The position numbers and the translations under genes are program-made. DNA of 63,505 bases, counting the filler, from Octopus bimaculoides (lineage: Eukaryota): assembly GCF_001194135.2 (NCBI RefSeq). It is 9 parts of 8 records of this genome, joined end to end, with 100 filler letters (N's around TTAATTAATTAA, not from the genome) between each part and the next. Parts side by side here need not be neighbours in the genome. Positions count along the whole stretch, not along the records: positions 1 to 20,390 come from NC_068985.1; positions 20,491 to 28,318 come from NW_026416190.1; 7 more parts are not named here. One strand, 5' to 3'. Shown one piece after another: positions 12,580 through 25,747 of this stretch (positions within the stretch are counted from its first letter, which is position 1; each line of letters starts with the position of its first letter). A model generated the notes under the pieces. That model did no database searches. It saw nothing but the letters and a program-made list of their open reading frames with translations, and was not told where the DNA came from.

Positions 12580-12885
12580 ATCATTTGTTGCAGTCATTAT
12601 ACTGCGGCCATGCTGCAGCATTGCATCAAAGAGTTTAGTCAAGCAAAACGACCCCAGTAATTATTTTTTTTAAAGTCTGGTACTTATTCTATCGGTCTCT
12701 TTTGCTGGACCACTAAATTATATTGGAAGGGGATAGATACAACATGAGCACACACACACACACACACACATATTCATAGATATATACTTATGTGCATATG
12801 TACATATACATATATATACATACATACATATGTATAAATATACATATATACGACGGGCTTCTTTCATGGCTTTGGTCACCACAAA
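12580..12885 (-). mobile_element. Degraded SINE family A
   Basis: CTGCGGCCATGCTG...GGTACTTATTCTATCGGTCTCTTTTGC...ACGACGGGCTTCTTTC matches 13750-14150. Confidence 0.7.
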
Positions 12886-12959
12886 ACACAACTACCAACA
12901 TACTGATCAATATTAAAAGCCTAGTTTACCCATAAGTCATTTCATCTATATAATCTGGA

Positions 12960-13400
12960 ACACAAAAACAAAGTTAGGACCGTTAATACTCGTATTCACT
13001 CACAGGATAAAAATTTTAAATTTCTTCGAAAATTAGGGCAATTAAAAATACCTCTATCACTCCACTTTTTTTTGAGTACTCGAAAAGAACTCTCCAGCAC
13101 CTCTTTTGTAAAACAGAACACTACATGGTCTGTTGAAATATTAAAAACACAGAGTGCGGTATAAAACCCTTCTGTATTCTTCACGGCTATGGATGTAGTG
13201 CTCATTAGGTTAGGCAGATGATAATGTAAGCTTCCTACATGTAATCTTCTGCTGTTCATTTATAGTAGCTTGAAGTGGTGAACACTGCGCGTTTATTGTT
13301 GAGTTCAAACGTTTTCTATAAATGGTAAGTTGTGGACTTTGTTTTGGCTGGGGGCATACTCTGTAGTAATCAAACTTTCCTACTGTCTTTAAACCTCATT
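12960..13400 (-). mobile_element. Possible Penelope-like RT C-terminal fragment, heavily decayed
   Basis: Minus-strand reading PQLTIYRKRLNSTINAQCSP...QQKI loosely resembles the PLE 'vYRKpt...l...s.hP' segment. Confidence 0.35.
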
Positions 13401-13749
13401 GGATAATAGAATCTTATGTTTGTGTTTGGATAATAGACGGGATGGTCATGGGAGGAATGTGCTCCTATCCACTTCACTTCAGTCCACTCCAGTCCAAAAC
13501 CAAAAGTGAGTAAGCCCGTGACGGACCAGCTTCACGTCCAGGGAGTGAATATATACACCATAGAAACTAGGAAACACGTCTTATGAGTCTATATGACTCG
13601 GGAAGGCGCTTTTCCTCATCTTATGTATATACGACGGGCTTCCAGATAGTTTCTGCCGATCCATTCACTCACGGTGCATTGGGACTGAACCCAAAACGAC
13701 GTCGTTACAAAAGCTAGCTTCTTAACCACACAACCATGCCTGCATCTAT

Positions 13750-14150
13750 ACTCTTTTACTTACTTCAGTCATTTGACTGTGGCCATGCTGAAGCACCACA
13801 TTTAGTCGAGCAAATCGACCCCAGGACTTATTCTTTGTAAGCCTAGTACTTATTCTATCGGTCTCTTTTGCCGAACCGCTAAGTTACGGGGACGTAAACA
13901 CAAAACCATCGGTTGTCAAGCGATGTTGGTGGTGGGGGAACAAACACAGACACACAAACACACAAGCCCGTCGTACAAAGACATATACGACGGGCTTCTT
14001 TCAGTTTCCGTCTACCAAATCCACTCACAAGGCTTTGGTCGGCCCGAAGCTATAGTAGAAGACATTTGCCCAAGGTGCCACGCAGTGGGACTGAACCCGG
14101 AACCACGTGGTTGGAAAGCAAGCTACTTACCACACAGCCACTCCTGCGCC
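13750..14150 (-). mobile_element. Full-length SINE family A (about 400 bp)
   Basis: On minus: tRNA-like head GGCGCAGGAGTGGCTGTGTGGTAAG...GGGTTCAGTCCC, CORE-like CACCTTGGGCAAATGTCTTC, internal (TG)n, tail ...CAGTCAAATGACTGAAG. Confidence 0.9.
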
Positions 14151-15004
14151 TTCCTATAATGAAGAATTTGGGGAAAATAAAATTTTATCATTTATGTTTA
14201 GAGCATAAATTAACATGAAATTTTCATGGAAGCGTTTTATTTAAATCATTTTATAAGAGGAAGTACTTATGACGGAACCAAGGATGTCAGGCGGGTTAAA
14301 GAAGTCAATCACCGATATTCCTCATGTTTTGGTAAATGTGGGCGTGTACAATACAATATGAACGATGAGAAACATAAACGCAATTAATGGTTATGTGGTT
14401 GGATAGAAGCCAGCAATGTGGTGCCAGAAAAGTGTAAATATACTAAGGGCATGGTATCCTTTATAGGTAACAGGAGAACAACAAATTATTTGGGGCTTTA
14501 AGTGGGTGACTGAAATGTCTTATTACATAAAAGGTTCATCTGCCTGGAGACTGGAAAAAACGAAACGAAATATTCCGTGATGTTTTGTTACCGGTATTGT
14601 TTTTAGTGTAGTAATAGGAGAAGCTGATAATAGTTTCTTATCTATTACTTATAAATGTTTTCACAAAGATCGTTTGCCTTGTTATAGATCGGATTCAAGA
14701 CGTTTAAAATATCGGAAATATAACTAGATTGGTTGACGCTAGTCCCTTTATCTCGTTTACCTCTAACACTGTTGAAGTGTTTGTTGTGTTTGCTTGAAAT
14801 GTTGAACAGTGTTGTAGGGGTTACAAAAGGACGAAAAGCAATAAGAATATCTTTTCTTGTTCATGACATAGTTACAGCTATTTCTGAATTTACATACATC
14901 GCCTTGTTCTATTGTTGTTGCTGTTGTTGTTGTTTCTCTCGTTGTTCTTATTTTCGATATTACTTTTGATGCTGCTAAGCACAAGGTTATATTTAATTGG
15001 GGAA

Positions 15005-15425
15005 ATAAGGCGGCGAGTTAGAAGAATAGTTAGCACACTGCACAAAAATGCCTAACAGCATTTTCCCGGTACTTTTTGTTTAAGTTCAAACTTCACTGGT
15101 GTTAACTTTACCTTTCATCCTTTTGAAGTCGATGAAATAAGTACCAGGTGAGCATCATGGTCGATGTAATCAACTTTCCTCAACTCTCTTTCCTCGAAAC
15201 TTTGAGACTTTGTACCTATAGTAGAAAAAAATTATTAAGACGGCGAGCCGGCAAAATCGTTAGTCCGTCGGACGAAATTCTTAATTGCATTTCTTCTGGT
15301 TTTGCATTCTAAGGTCAAATTCTGTCAAGTTAACTTTGCTTTCGTCCTTTGGGATCGATAAATTAAGCTCCAGCAATCGACTAGACTCCTGCATCATAAT
15401 TTCAGACCTTGTGTCTATAGCAGAG
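15005..15425 (+). mobile_element. Two tandem diverged SINE family B copies
   Basis: Heads GGCGGCGAGTTAGAAG (about 15010) and GACGGCGAGCCGGCAAAATCG (about 15240), both with core and tail. Confidence 0.8.
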
Positions 15426-15678
15426 AGAAATTTAGTGGTGGAAAGGTATAGCTAACCCGAATCAACTTCAGCTTATTGTTTTTAATTTTATTTATCTTCG
15501 AACGACAATGTCTACTCAAGCGAAATTTCGCTTCGTAACCGTGAAGATAGAAATTACAAACTGTCTTGTATTTAGTCAATCGACTTCAAATGCTCACCAT
15601 TTCAGCCGTCCTATAATTGCTGGAACGAAAAGTACTAAGATGAATATATGATGATCATGATGATCATGTCTGTCCTGT

Positions 15679-16061
15679 GGAGGCGAAATGGCCCAGTGGT
15701 TAGGGCAGCGGACTCGCGGGCATAGGATCGCGGTTTCGATTCCCAGACCGGGCGTTGTGAGTGTTTATTGAGCGAAAACACCTAAATCTCCACGAGGTTC
15801 CGGCAGGGGATGGTGGCGAACCCTGCTGCACTGTTTCACCACAGCTTTCTCTCACTCTTACTCCCTGTTTCTGTTGTGCCTGTAATTCGAAGAGTAAGCC
15901 TTGTCACACTGTGTCACGCTGAATATCCCCGAGAACTACGTTAAGGATACACGTGTCTGTGGAATGCTTAGCCACCTGCACGTTAATTTCCCGAGCAGGC
16001 TGTTCCGTTGATCGGATCAACTGGAACCATTCACGTCGTAAGCGACGGAGTGCCAACAACA
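15679..16061 (+). mobile_element. Full-length SINE family C
   Basis: tRNA-like head TGGCCCAGTGGTTAGGG...GGTTTCGATTCCC; ends GACGGAGTGCCAACAACA. Confidence 0.9.
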
Positions 16062-16319
16062 TGTGTTTCCTCATATAACTCAAGTCAGTAAAACGGTTAC
16101 TACCAGGATCCCTTTGCCATGAATTATGGATACCACACCATCAAAGATTACTTCTGTTATATGGTCCTCAAGGACTTGTTTAGACTTAAAAACTTAGAGT
16201 TTTAGTTCGTACAGTATTGTTTGAGAAACGTCACTTTATTCTATAAATGAAGCATAAAAAGTCTTCTATTCATTTTTGTTTCTTGAACCCTTGGTCTCAT
16301 AAGGTCAACCGCTCAGTTT

Positions 16320-16554
16320 ATTATTTCTTTACTGCCCACAAGAGGCTACACACATAGGGGACACACAAGGATAGACAAACGGATTAAGTCGATTACATCG
16401 ACCTCAGTGCGTAACTGGTACTTATTTAATCGACCCCGAAAGGAGGAAAGGCAAATTCGACCTCGGCGGAATTTGAACTCAGAACGTAACGGCAGACGAA
16501 ATACCGCTAAGCATTTCGCCCGGCGTGCTAACGTTTCTGCCAGCTCGCCGCCTT
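16320..16554 (-). mobile_element. SINE family B copy Y with target-site duplication
   Basis: TSD TCAACCGCTCAGTTT (16305-16319) / TCAACTGCTCAGTTT (16555-16569), 14 of 15 identical. Confidence 0.9.
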
Positions 16555-17164
16555 TCAACTGCTCAGTTTCTATCGCATTTAGGAGACCGAGATAACAACA
16601 CTCTCCCTGAACGAGATGCCTATCCTTTTCAGGACTCAAGACCAGTAATTCTGGGGGAAGGAGGTAAGTAGATTAAGTCGATTACTTCAACCCTAGTTGA
16701 TGCCTTATTTTATCGACTTCGAAGGGATGAAACGCAAAGTTGACCTCAGAATGCACCTATGCCATTGACGATATTTTGCTGTTTAGAGTGACGGCTATCG
16801 TAGAGTACAAAGAGGTATTTTGGTTAAGAAAGGGAGAATTAAGCGGTTAATATCCCGTTGAAATGGTTTCACTTCAGATACTTTGCCTCTATATGAAAGA
16901 CGCCAATCTCACAAACTACGGTTCCCCCACACCGTTATACGTGTCTTAGTGAGAAATCAATAATTTTCTCATTAGAGAAAGGAGTTTTTACAGTTGAATA
17001 CCTTTCCTTACAATCAAGATTTTGTAGAAAAGAAAAGAGCCTGAAGTGTTTGAAATTAAGATTTCATGCTCAACAGGAAAAACAACAACAACAAAATAAA
17101 ACTCAAGAGAAATCCTTATATTTGTTTTACATCTGATACATTTGAAGTTCAGCTCTCTGTACAT

Positions 17165-17186
17165 ATATGGTATCTATCTACCTGTA

Positions 17187-17245
<59 letters not shown>

Positions 17246-17563
17246 GTCTGTCTGCCTGTCTGTCTGTGCGTACGTCCGTCCGTTTGTCTATCTGTCTATC
17301 CGTCCGTCCGTCCGTCCGTCCATCCATCCATCCATCCATCCATCTGTTTATTTATCTATCTGTCTGTCTGTCTGAAGAAACTAGTCCATAACGATAGTCA
17401 ATCTGGTTATGTTCTTTATCGATATATTGAGAGGTGGTAAGGTCTAGCGACACAAGGTTATTGGGCAAATAAGAGCACTAATGTGTCAATGAATCAATGA
17501 ACCAAGGAATCAATCAATCAGTCAATCAATCAATCAATCTATCTATCTATCTATCTATCTATA

Positions 17564-17601
<38 letters not shown>

Positions 17602-18047
17602 CCTATCCACCTACCGGTCTGCCTGTTTGTGAATCTCTGTGTATATATATATANNNNNNNNNNNNNNNNNNNNNNNNNNNNNNNNNNNNNNNNNNNNNNN
17701 NNNNNNNNNNNNNNNNNNNNNNNNNNNNNNNNNNNNNNNNNNNNNNNNNNNNNNCTTCTTCTTCTTCTTCTTCTTCTTCTCCTTCTTCTTCTTCTTGTTA
17801 TAGTTAGCAACATCATTTCGTCATTTCTCCTTCTTTTGCCATCCAACGTGTTCGCGATATGAATCTATTTGATGAATCATCCAGATTTTTTTTCTTGTAA
17901 TAGCTACACCGTCGATGTTATCAGTAATATTGGCGTCAAAAACTCCACCTCATATACTAATGTCTAAAATTTGCGTTGACACACTACATCTTCTGGTTAT
18001 TTTATGCTTCCCTGCTTCTGTCTTACTGATTAGATTCTGATAGCATC

Positions 18048-18113
<66 letters not shown>

Positions 18114-18647
18114 CATTATCTGCTGATGTTTGTTGTTGTAAATATTTATTTATGATTTTTATCTACAGCTATTGAAAAGAAGTAAGAGTTAAGATTTCAG
18201 AATTCCGCTCGTTTCTCATTTCTCAAACGGTAAAGGCAGACAATATCTTCTTTATGTCTTTGTTTTGATACTCCATACATCAAACGCTGTCGGTGTTTGG
18301 CATAGAAGAGTGAACACAAATTCTGTATTGGCTTCGCACAGGAAACGTTAATAGTTTGCCGTGTATACAAATCAACAAGCGAAACGAAACGTTAACTAAA
18401 TAAATAGATCATAAACAACCTAAAGTGTAATTGAAACGGATATGAACCCTATATAAATTAGTCCCCCATTTAGGGTTGGCATTTGTAAGGATGTTGATGG
18501 ATTTTATTAAAAATATATATAAGGGGTTATTGGGTGTAAAATGTTGAGACGGGTGTGGAAACCCTATATATGTCGGTCGTTGATTTGGGCGTAGAATTTG
18601 CTAAGGTGTTTCGAATATAATTTGTTAGGAATATGACACTTTTTTAA

Positions 18648-18715
<68 letters not shown>

Positions 18716-18830
18716 GTCTGTCTGTCTGTCTGTCTGTCTGTGTGTTTACTATATTTGTGTGTGTGTACGTATATTTGTGTGTGTGTACGTATATTTGTGT
18801 GTGTGTACGTATATTTGTGTGTGTGTACGT
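17165..18830. repeat. Cluster of simple repeats: (TATC)n, (CGTC)n, (CATC)n, (TCAA)n, (CTT)n, (ATT)n, (TGTC)n and a short GTGTGTACGTATATTT tandem
   Basis: Directly visible runs separated by unique AT-rich DNA and one gap. Confidence 0.85.
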
Positions 18831-18834
18831 ATTT

Positions 18835-19030
18835 AAAATGTTGGCACAAGGCGAGCAACTTCGGGGGAGTGGTAAGTTAATCACATCGATAGATAGTACT
18901 GGTACTTATTTTATCGACCCCGAAAGGATGAGAGGTAAAGTGGACTTCGGCGGAATTTGAATTCAGAACGTAGAGACGGACGAAATGCCGGTATGCATTC
19001 CAACCGGCGTGATAACGATTCTGCTAGCGT
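18835..19030 (-). mobile_element. SINE family B
   Basis: Core GGTACTTATTTTATCGACCCCGAAAGGATG...GGAATTTGAATTCAGAACG. Confidence 0.85.
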
Positions 19031-19639
19031 ACAGCCTTTAAAGTCATAAATAACAGCATGCCAAAAATCGTTTATTGCATGATATACAGCGATATCTGAA
19101 AAGGTGATTTGCACATTTCGTCTTAATATGTCCTGGCAGATTCTAACGCAAAATATGTTAGTCGCTGTACATCAGAAGAAAACAACTCTCTTTTACGACG
19201 GCAATGTGTTCATATCACACTCGGATCAATAGCGCAAGAGATTCTGGGGCACCGGCGTTTCAACATTTATCTCATTAGCCGGAAGTACCCGGACCTTTGA
19301 GCCTAAAGAAGACCCTGTAGATTTATTTATAATTTCAACAAACTGTTTGCTGATCAGTGATTATGTGTAGCAACCGGCAGAACAAACATTATTTGCACTG
19401 TGTGCAGTGAGTTATGAAAAGATTATTAACATATGTATTCTGAAAACGACTTTAAATATTGAGTTAAAAACCGTTTAGAGATTTTTAAAAATAACTCCAA
19501 GGCTGTCTATATATAGCCCTATATATGCAGTGTTATTGTCTATAAGACGTAACAGGACATATGTGAATACTATATACGTTGGTAAGTGATTTAGCAGTAA
19601 ACCAGTCCTATTATATGGCAGTGAACCATGGACTCTGAC

Positions 19640-19835
19640 AAATGTTGTTGGCACTCCGTCGGTTACGACGACGAGGGTCCCAGTTGATCCGATCAACGGA
19701 ACAGCCTGCTCGTGAAATTAACGTGCAAGTGGCTGAACACTCCACAGACACGTGTACCCTTAACATAGTTCTTGGGAATATTCAGCGTGACACAGAGTGT
19801 GTCAAGGCTGGCCCTTTGAAATACAGGTACAACAA
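19640..19835 (-). mobile_element. SINE family C, 3' half
   Basis: Reverse complement of 8890-9070. Confidence 0.85.
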
Positions 19836-19844
19836 TAATATTAA

Positions 19845-20250
19845 GTGATTAAGGGTTGAAGTTTATCAAGAGGTCTCAAATATAATTTTGGTTTTTTAGT
19901 TTTTTGGTTCTAAAGTTAGACATTTAATTATAGAATTGGTAATAGATTGCAGAAAGTTTGTTCCACACATTTTTGGAATGTACTGGTTTAGGTTATTTAA
20001 TTTAGTGATGATAGTTTTTAGGTTAGAGGTGTGGCTTACCTTGCTGATCTATCGATATATAGGTAAATACATTGCATATGATGGACTCTCCTATCGTAAA
20101 CAATAGGTGAGGATTCCACATTGCTTGCTGAACAATCTACACAGACCATTTGATTGAAGATATCAAATGTTTATGGTGTACATTAACTTACTCCTCTCAT
20201 CGAATCGGCATTGCCTGTTCAGTACACAGTATATCATACGTCAGATATAG
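19845..20250 (-). mobile_element. CR1/L2-like LINE 3' end
   Basis: Minus-strand NVWNKLS...LDKLQPLIT* resembles the CR1-group ORF2 terminus (vvnvWNkLP...fK..LDk). Confidence 0.5.
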
Positions 20251-20434
20251 AAATGATCGCATAGCAATGCGAAATAAAATGTCTGATCAAGAATCCAACA
20301 CACTAATATTAATATATTTGTGTATGTGTGTGTCTATATATCTGTATCTCTCTATATATTTGTATCTATACATATATATATATATATATANNNNNNNNNN
20401 NNNNNNNNNNNNNNNNNNNNNNNNNNNNNNNNNN

Positions 20435-20446
20435 TTAATTAATTAA
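20435..20446. other. Artificial scaffolding linker TTAATTAATTAA inside an N gap (also near 28363, 39123, 42873, 48459, 52985, 60060, 62195)
   Basis: Identical palindromic 12-mer with stops in all six frames, centred in N gaps of about 100 bp. Confidence 0.95.
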
Positions 20447-20490
20447 NNNNNNNNNNNNNNNNNNNNNNNNNNNNNNNNNNNNNNNNNNNN

Positions 20491-20523
<33 letters not shown>

Positions 20524-20659
20524 GCACATGTATAATTTGTAAATAATTCATCTAAACTATACAGTATATAGTATAGGTATATATTTGACGGCTTTCCACT
20601 AATAACCATCCAATGTATCCTGTGTTCCTTTTCTTTTTGAAGACATCAAACTGTCATTG

Positions 20660-20915
20660 GAGGGAGATTTATCCTAATTCCAGCAAGCAGAAGGCTCCAC
20701 GTAGGCAAGGCCCTGTCACTGGCCCTCAATCCCAGCAGATTGAAGGTCCCTTTAATTTCAGAAGGGGATGCAGTAGGCAAGGCTCACACACTGGCCTTTA
20801 ATTCTAGGAGATTGAGGAGCCACAGTAGGCAAGGCTCATTCCTCAGCCCTCAATTCCCAGCACAGGGACCCTAGTAGACAAGGGCCCATGTCAGCCCTTA
20901 ATTCTTTACTGAACT
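20660..20915 (+). repeat. Degenerate minisatellite, four to five units of 49-72 bp
   Basis: GTAG(G/A)CAAGG at 20701, 20773, 20825 and 20874, each followed by an (A/G)GCC(C/T)T(C/T)AAT-like motif. Confidence 0.7.
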
Positions 20916-21435
20916 GCAATGTATTAGGTTTAGCTTGTCCTGTATCCACCTAGGTTTTTTTTTCGTTAGCCATGTCGATCGTTGTAAACCGGGGTCATTA
21001 AATAAAAGGGGACACGTTTTCCAGAAAGGGATACGGCAAAAATAAAAAATGAAAAACGTTGCACTTAATATCTTCAGAGATAATTTTAAAAGGGTTAAAA
21101 TATCTCTTGTCGGTTTTAGAAAACTTGGTGCTGGACAATGTCCAGTGGATTACCCAAAGCTGTTTCTGCGTCACTTGGTGCAAGCTGGGATGGTTGAAAG
21201 AAAAAAGGAATGATTTGTAAGAGAAATAATGAATGGCTAACAAACATATCAAGCAAATATATATATATATGTATGTATTTGTATATGAGTACATATACAC
21301 CATATACATACATGTCGATGAAGGTACCTGCAAATAAATCCACATAATGCAAATATATGTAGATCCACACACACACACACATGTACATACACAAACACAT
21401 ATATATACACACACACATACAAACATATACTACAA

Positions 21436-21480
<45 letters not shown>

Positions 21481-22124
21481 TAAATATATACACACAGATA
21501 CACATACACACACACACACACAGATATACACACACATATAGATACACACACATAAATATTGTACATATATACATACACACACAAGAACACACACATACTG
21601 ATATACACATACATAAAAATAGACAGCTAGGCCTATATTTGCATATAGAAACATACGTGCATGTACAATGAGCATATAATCACACACACACACACACCAG
21701 AAAACTTACATATATGAACAAAAGTACAGATTGCAACCAATAAGAACACTTGGAAATCATTTGCAGATTATCAGCACTTTTGTATGTTTGCATGGAAATC
21801 GGTTCGTATTGACAAAGCGATGGTGTGTCCTGGAATCCGGTTGGGGGCGTGAAAGTGTTGCTGCAACAATGCCGATCATTAAATGCGAATCCCGGTGCAA
21901 TGCACCTGCTCGTGTCTCCGAGTGTTTATCGGATAATAGGATTGGAATTTTGGGGAGTGGGAGCCAAAACATGTGACCATCACTGCTGGGGGGGAGAACA
22001 CTGGAACAACACACAACTCAAATACATATTACATACATACATATGTATACGTACAAACACACACACATGCAGAAAATATCTTCAACATATATGTCTAATA
22101 TATGTGTGTGTGTGTGTGTGCGGG

Positions 22125-22475
22125 GGGCACTCCGTCGCTTACGACGTCGGGGGTTCCAGTTGATCCTATCAATGGAACAGCCCGCTCGTGAAATTAACGT
22201 GCAAGTGGCTGAACACTCCACAGACACGTGTACCCTTAACGTAGTTCTCGAGGATATTCAGCGTGACACAGTGTGACAAGGCTGGCCCTTCAGAAATACA
22301 AGTACAACAGAAACAGGAAGAAAGAGTGAGAGAAAGTTGTGGTGGAAGAGAACAGCAGGGTTCGCCACCATCCTCTGCCGGAGCCTCGGGGAGCTTTTAG
22401 GTGTTTTCGCTCAATAAACACTCACAATACCTGGTCNNNNNNNNNNCCGCAAGTCTGCTACCCTAACCACTGGGT
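22125..22475 (-). mobile_element. SINE family C (spans a 10-N gap)
   Basis: Reverse complement of 15679-16061. Confidence 0.88.
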
Positions 22476-22504
22476 ATTGTGCCTCCAAAATATATATATA
22501 TACA

Positions 22505-22768
22505 CGTTGCCAGTGCCCCTGGACTGGCTTGTGCAGGTGGCACATAAAAGACACCATTTCGAGCGTGGCCGTTTTCGTGCGGGTGACACGTAAAAGCACC
22601 CACTACACTCTGAGTGGTTGGCGTTAGGAAGGGCATCCAGCTGTAGAAACTCTGCCAAATTAGATTGGAGCCTGGTGTTGCCATCCGGTTTCACCAGTCC
22701 TCAGTCAAATCGTCCAACCCATGCTAGCATGGAAAGCGGACGTTAAACGATGATGATGATGATGATGA
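22505..22768 (+). mobile_element. RTE-type LINE 3' UTR with (GAT)n tail
   Basis: GTGGCACATAAAAGACACC/GACACGTAAAAGCACC repeats shared with the 3' UTR at 60115-60400; ends GGACGTTAAACGATGATGAT. Confidence 0.75.
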
Positions 22769-23189
22769 TATATATACTGCAAATGAAAGAGAGTGTGATC
22801 TTTCTGATCAGGGAGAAAATCAAGATTTGTTGCCTACAATATAAAATCATTAAATAATTAATAGTTAATTAGTAATTATCATGACATGGAAAATTTTAGA
22901 TTACAAGGTTACATAGTTTCTCGGCTGATTGGAGGACATAATAAAGTACTTAGCAGGTACTTCAAACATGTATGGTTAGTATTTAGTGGCAGAAATTGAA
23001 CTCAGAACATGACAGAAAGTAACTAAGCACAATAGGGCGTTTGTGTGTTGCTCCACTAATTCTGCCAACTGCTGCTATTTCGCATAAGATAATTCATTTC
23101 ATTGGTCCGAAGATATTAAGGATAAAAAAAAAAAAATTGTTTGCATTGAGTAAAAAACAAAAATTAAAAAAAAAAGCAGTGAAGATCAT

Positions 23190-24660
23190 AAAATGGCAAG
23201 ATGGCTACAAAAAATATTCATCAAACACCCAGGGTAATTGGAGGGTGGCGACAGACCCAAACAAAGTCCAAGATTACTCTGCCGAACCAAAACTGCCCTG
23301 TCTGTGCTTCTTGTCCCATCATCAGAACAGATTTGTAGTGGCGCGAAATTATGGCCGCCATTAAGGAAGTACAATCTATGCATGCGCAAGGGACTTGCCT
23401 TCCCGGAAGCCCCTCGAGTGCATATGCATAGTAAAACCAGTACTTAAAGCGCTTCGTGCATTTTCTAAGCCTCTTCACCACGATGCCATTGATGTGAGAG
23501 CTACTTGCTCCTCTGGCATGCATCAACGAAGCCCTTAACCTTCCAATGCCGATTGCAAGTGAACCAGCCGCTGCTAAGCTGAACGACACAGCTGATGCTG
23601 CCTCCATCTCCAAAAGGTAAATTCTCTGCTGTAGCATGGCCAGACCAAGGACAATTCACAGTTATCCTAAATCCCCTATGTCCTCAATCAGAAGAGATTG
23701 GCTCGGGTAAGTTTTCTCAATGCCCAGACCATTTCATTGCAGCACATGTCCACCATAGAGTACAATGGGTCCCCTGTCCTCCAGTTGATAAAGTACAGCA
23801 AATATCAGGCAACATTACAAACACCGAGTGCACAACCTTGGACTGCACTTGACCAAGCGCTGCACATTAGTTAAGGAGAAAAGCTGCAGGAAGGTATCCA
23901 CACCTTATTGTTGCACTGGTCGTGGGATCTCTATGGGTGCAGTCACTGCAATGTATATCAGTGTGTCCTTGATATCAGCATTCTGCGACTACCTCAAAGG
24001 GTGGATGTTGGAGGTAGCTGGACATCTTGACCACTTGAACAAGCAGAAATCAAAGAGCTTGTGCTCCGGTCTGGTTAGATAGCCCTGTGACACGGCACAA
24101 TGGTCAGACTGTAGGACCCCTGCCTTCCAAGGACAGCTTCTTCTTGACCCATTTCAGACTGAGACTGGTTGCCCTGCTCACAAGCACTTCAAAGTACTTT
24201 GTCCACTTGAAAACAGAGTCCAAACCAAACACCAAGTACCGCAACAGAACTTACTGTCTGGCATGGATTTAGCTTCTTAAGCCGACCGACTTGTTCCATC
24301 TGCCCTGTGCCAGCATCAACTTCTGATTCTCTCCCAGTATAGTGCCAACTGACTCAAATGTCCAACGCTACGCTCCCGTAACATTCTTCACATATACTTG
24401 CATGGCTTTCCTTGGTCCCAGTTTCAGCAAGATGCCCTTCAAAGTTTTCAACTTCCACATCAACAGCGCCACAAAAAGCCACGTGCGTTTCATGTCAAAG
24501 AAATGGTCAGGAACCATTCTAACCGATAGTGTGGCATCTGTGATGATTCATCTTCTCGTCAGTTTAATAGCTTCTCCTCTTGCCTTCGATGCAGCCAAGT
24601 AATCTGCGACTATGTGGAGTCATCCCAAAACTACCCCTGGTGCTCCCCCTCTTCTGAGGA
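23190..24660 (-). mobile_element. Decayed Tx1/L1-clade LINE fragment (post-RT region)
   Basis: Minus-strand ...ESVGTILG...WNKSVGLR...VLGVWFG...SRATSLSLKWVKKKLSLEGR parallels VNKDKSIGLRLG...KLLGVWFGP...LFLKGRAEV at 36480-36710. Confidence 0.65.
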
Positions 24661-24911
24661 CCTTTCCTTAATGAAAATAATAATAATCCTTCGTAATATG
24701 GACATCAGTTGATTACATCAAACCCAGTGTTCTACTGGTACTTAATTCATTGGCCCCTAAAGTATGAAAGGCAAATTCAACCTTTGCAGGATTTGAACTC
24801 AGAACTTAGCGACACTGTCGCTGAGAGCATCAATTCTACTACAGACAGCAAGCTATCTCTTTCTTTCTTTCACTCTAGAAACGTGCATACACACACACAC
24901 ACACACATACA

Positions 24912-24951
<40 letters not shown>

Positions 24952-25067
24952 CATATATATATATATNNNNNNNNNNNNNNNNNNNNNNNNNNNNNNNNNN
25001 NNNNNNNNNNNNNNNNNNNNNNNNNNNNNNNNNNNNNNNNNNNNNNNNNNNNNNNNNNNNNNNNNGC

Positions 25068-25101
<34 letters not shown>

Positions 25102-25747
25102 AAATGGAGCTGGAAGACAGAAAAGAACAGAATGAAAATGGAAAAAAAAGTTATCTAGCTTGGGAGGGTGTATAAAGACATGTAGATGTTTCTACATCAA
25201 TCAGTTGATTATCTGAAAAGTAAAAAAAAGACAAACCTGAAAAAAAAAAAAATAAATAAAATTGGAAGAAACGAAGTTAGAGAACATAACGAAGGGAGAA
25301 TAACACAGACATAAGTTCAGTAAACACCACAAGGTAATAACAGCTCTGTGGTCTTGGAAGGTTGTTGAAAGTAATTGCCTCGCACACCAGTAGCATGGGT
25401 CGGTCTAGTTGAAGGAGACTAACCAATAACCATAAGACTTAGGCACAAAGCCAAGTAAACTAGTGAGGGGTTGAGATGTAGGGGTGTAAGTGTCCCTGTT
25501 TTTTTTATTAACCAGGGAAGAAGGGAAAAACAAAACCAACCTCAGCTGGTTTTGCAAGTCATGATCTGGTCTCGAATTAACAAAACAATTATCTTGCTGC
25601 CATTGTATACTTTTGGACAGTCATATCAATAATTAATAAAATTCCAATAATAATAATAGGCCTTTCTACTATAAGCACAAGGCATGCAAATTTGTGGGGT
25701 GGGGACTAGTTGATTAGATCAACCCTAGTGTTTCACTGGCGCTAGTC

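Noticed and set aside
14160-14950. Possible Penelope linker (LPYKG-like) and piggyBac-like end GCGGGTTAA
   Set aside because: Similarity too weak and no partner terminus found.
15679-15755. tRNA gene candidates (also 8706 and 49188)
   Set aside because: A and B boxes are present, but there is no proper acceptor stem and they run into multicopy bodies, so they are SINE heads.
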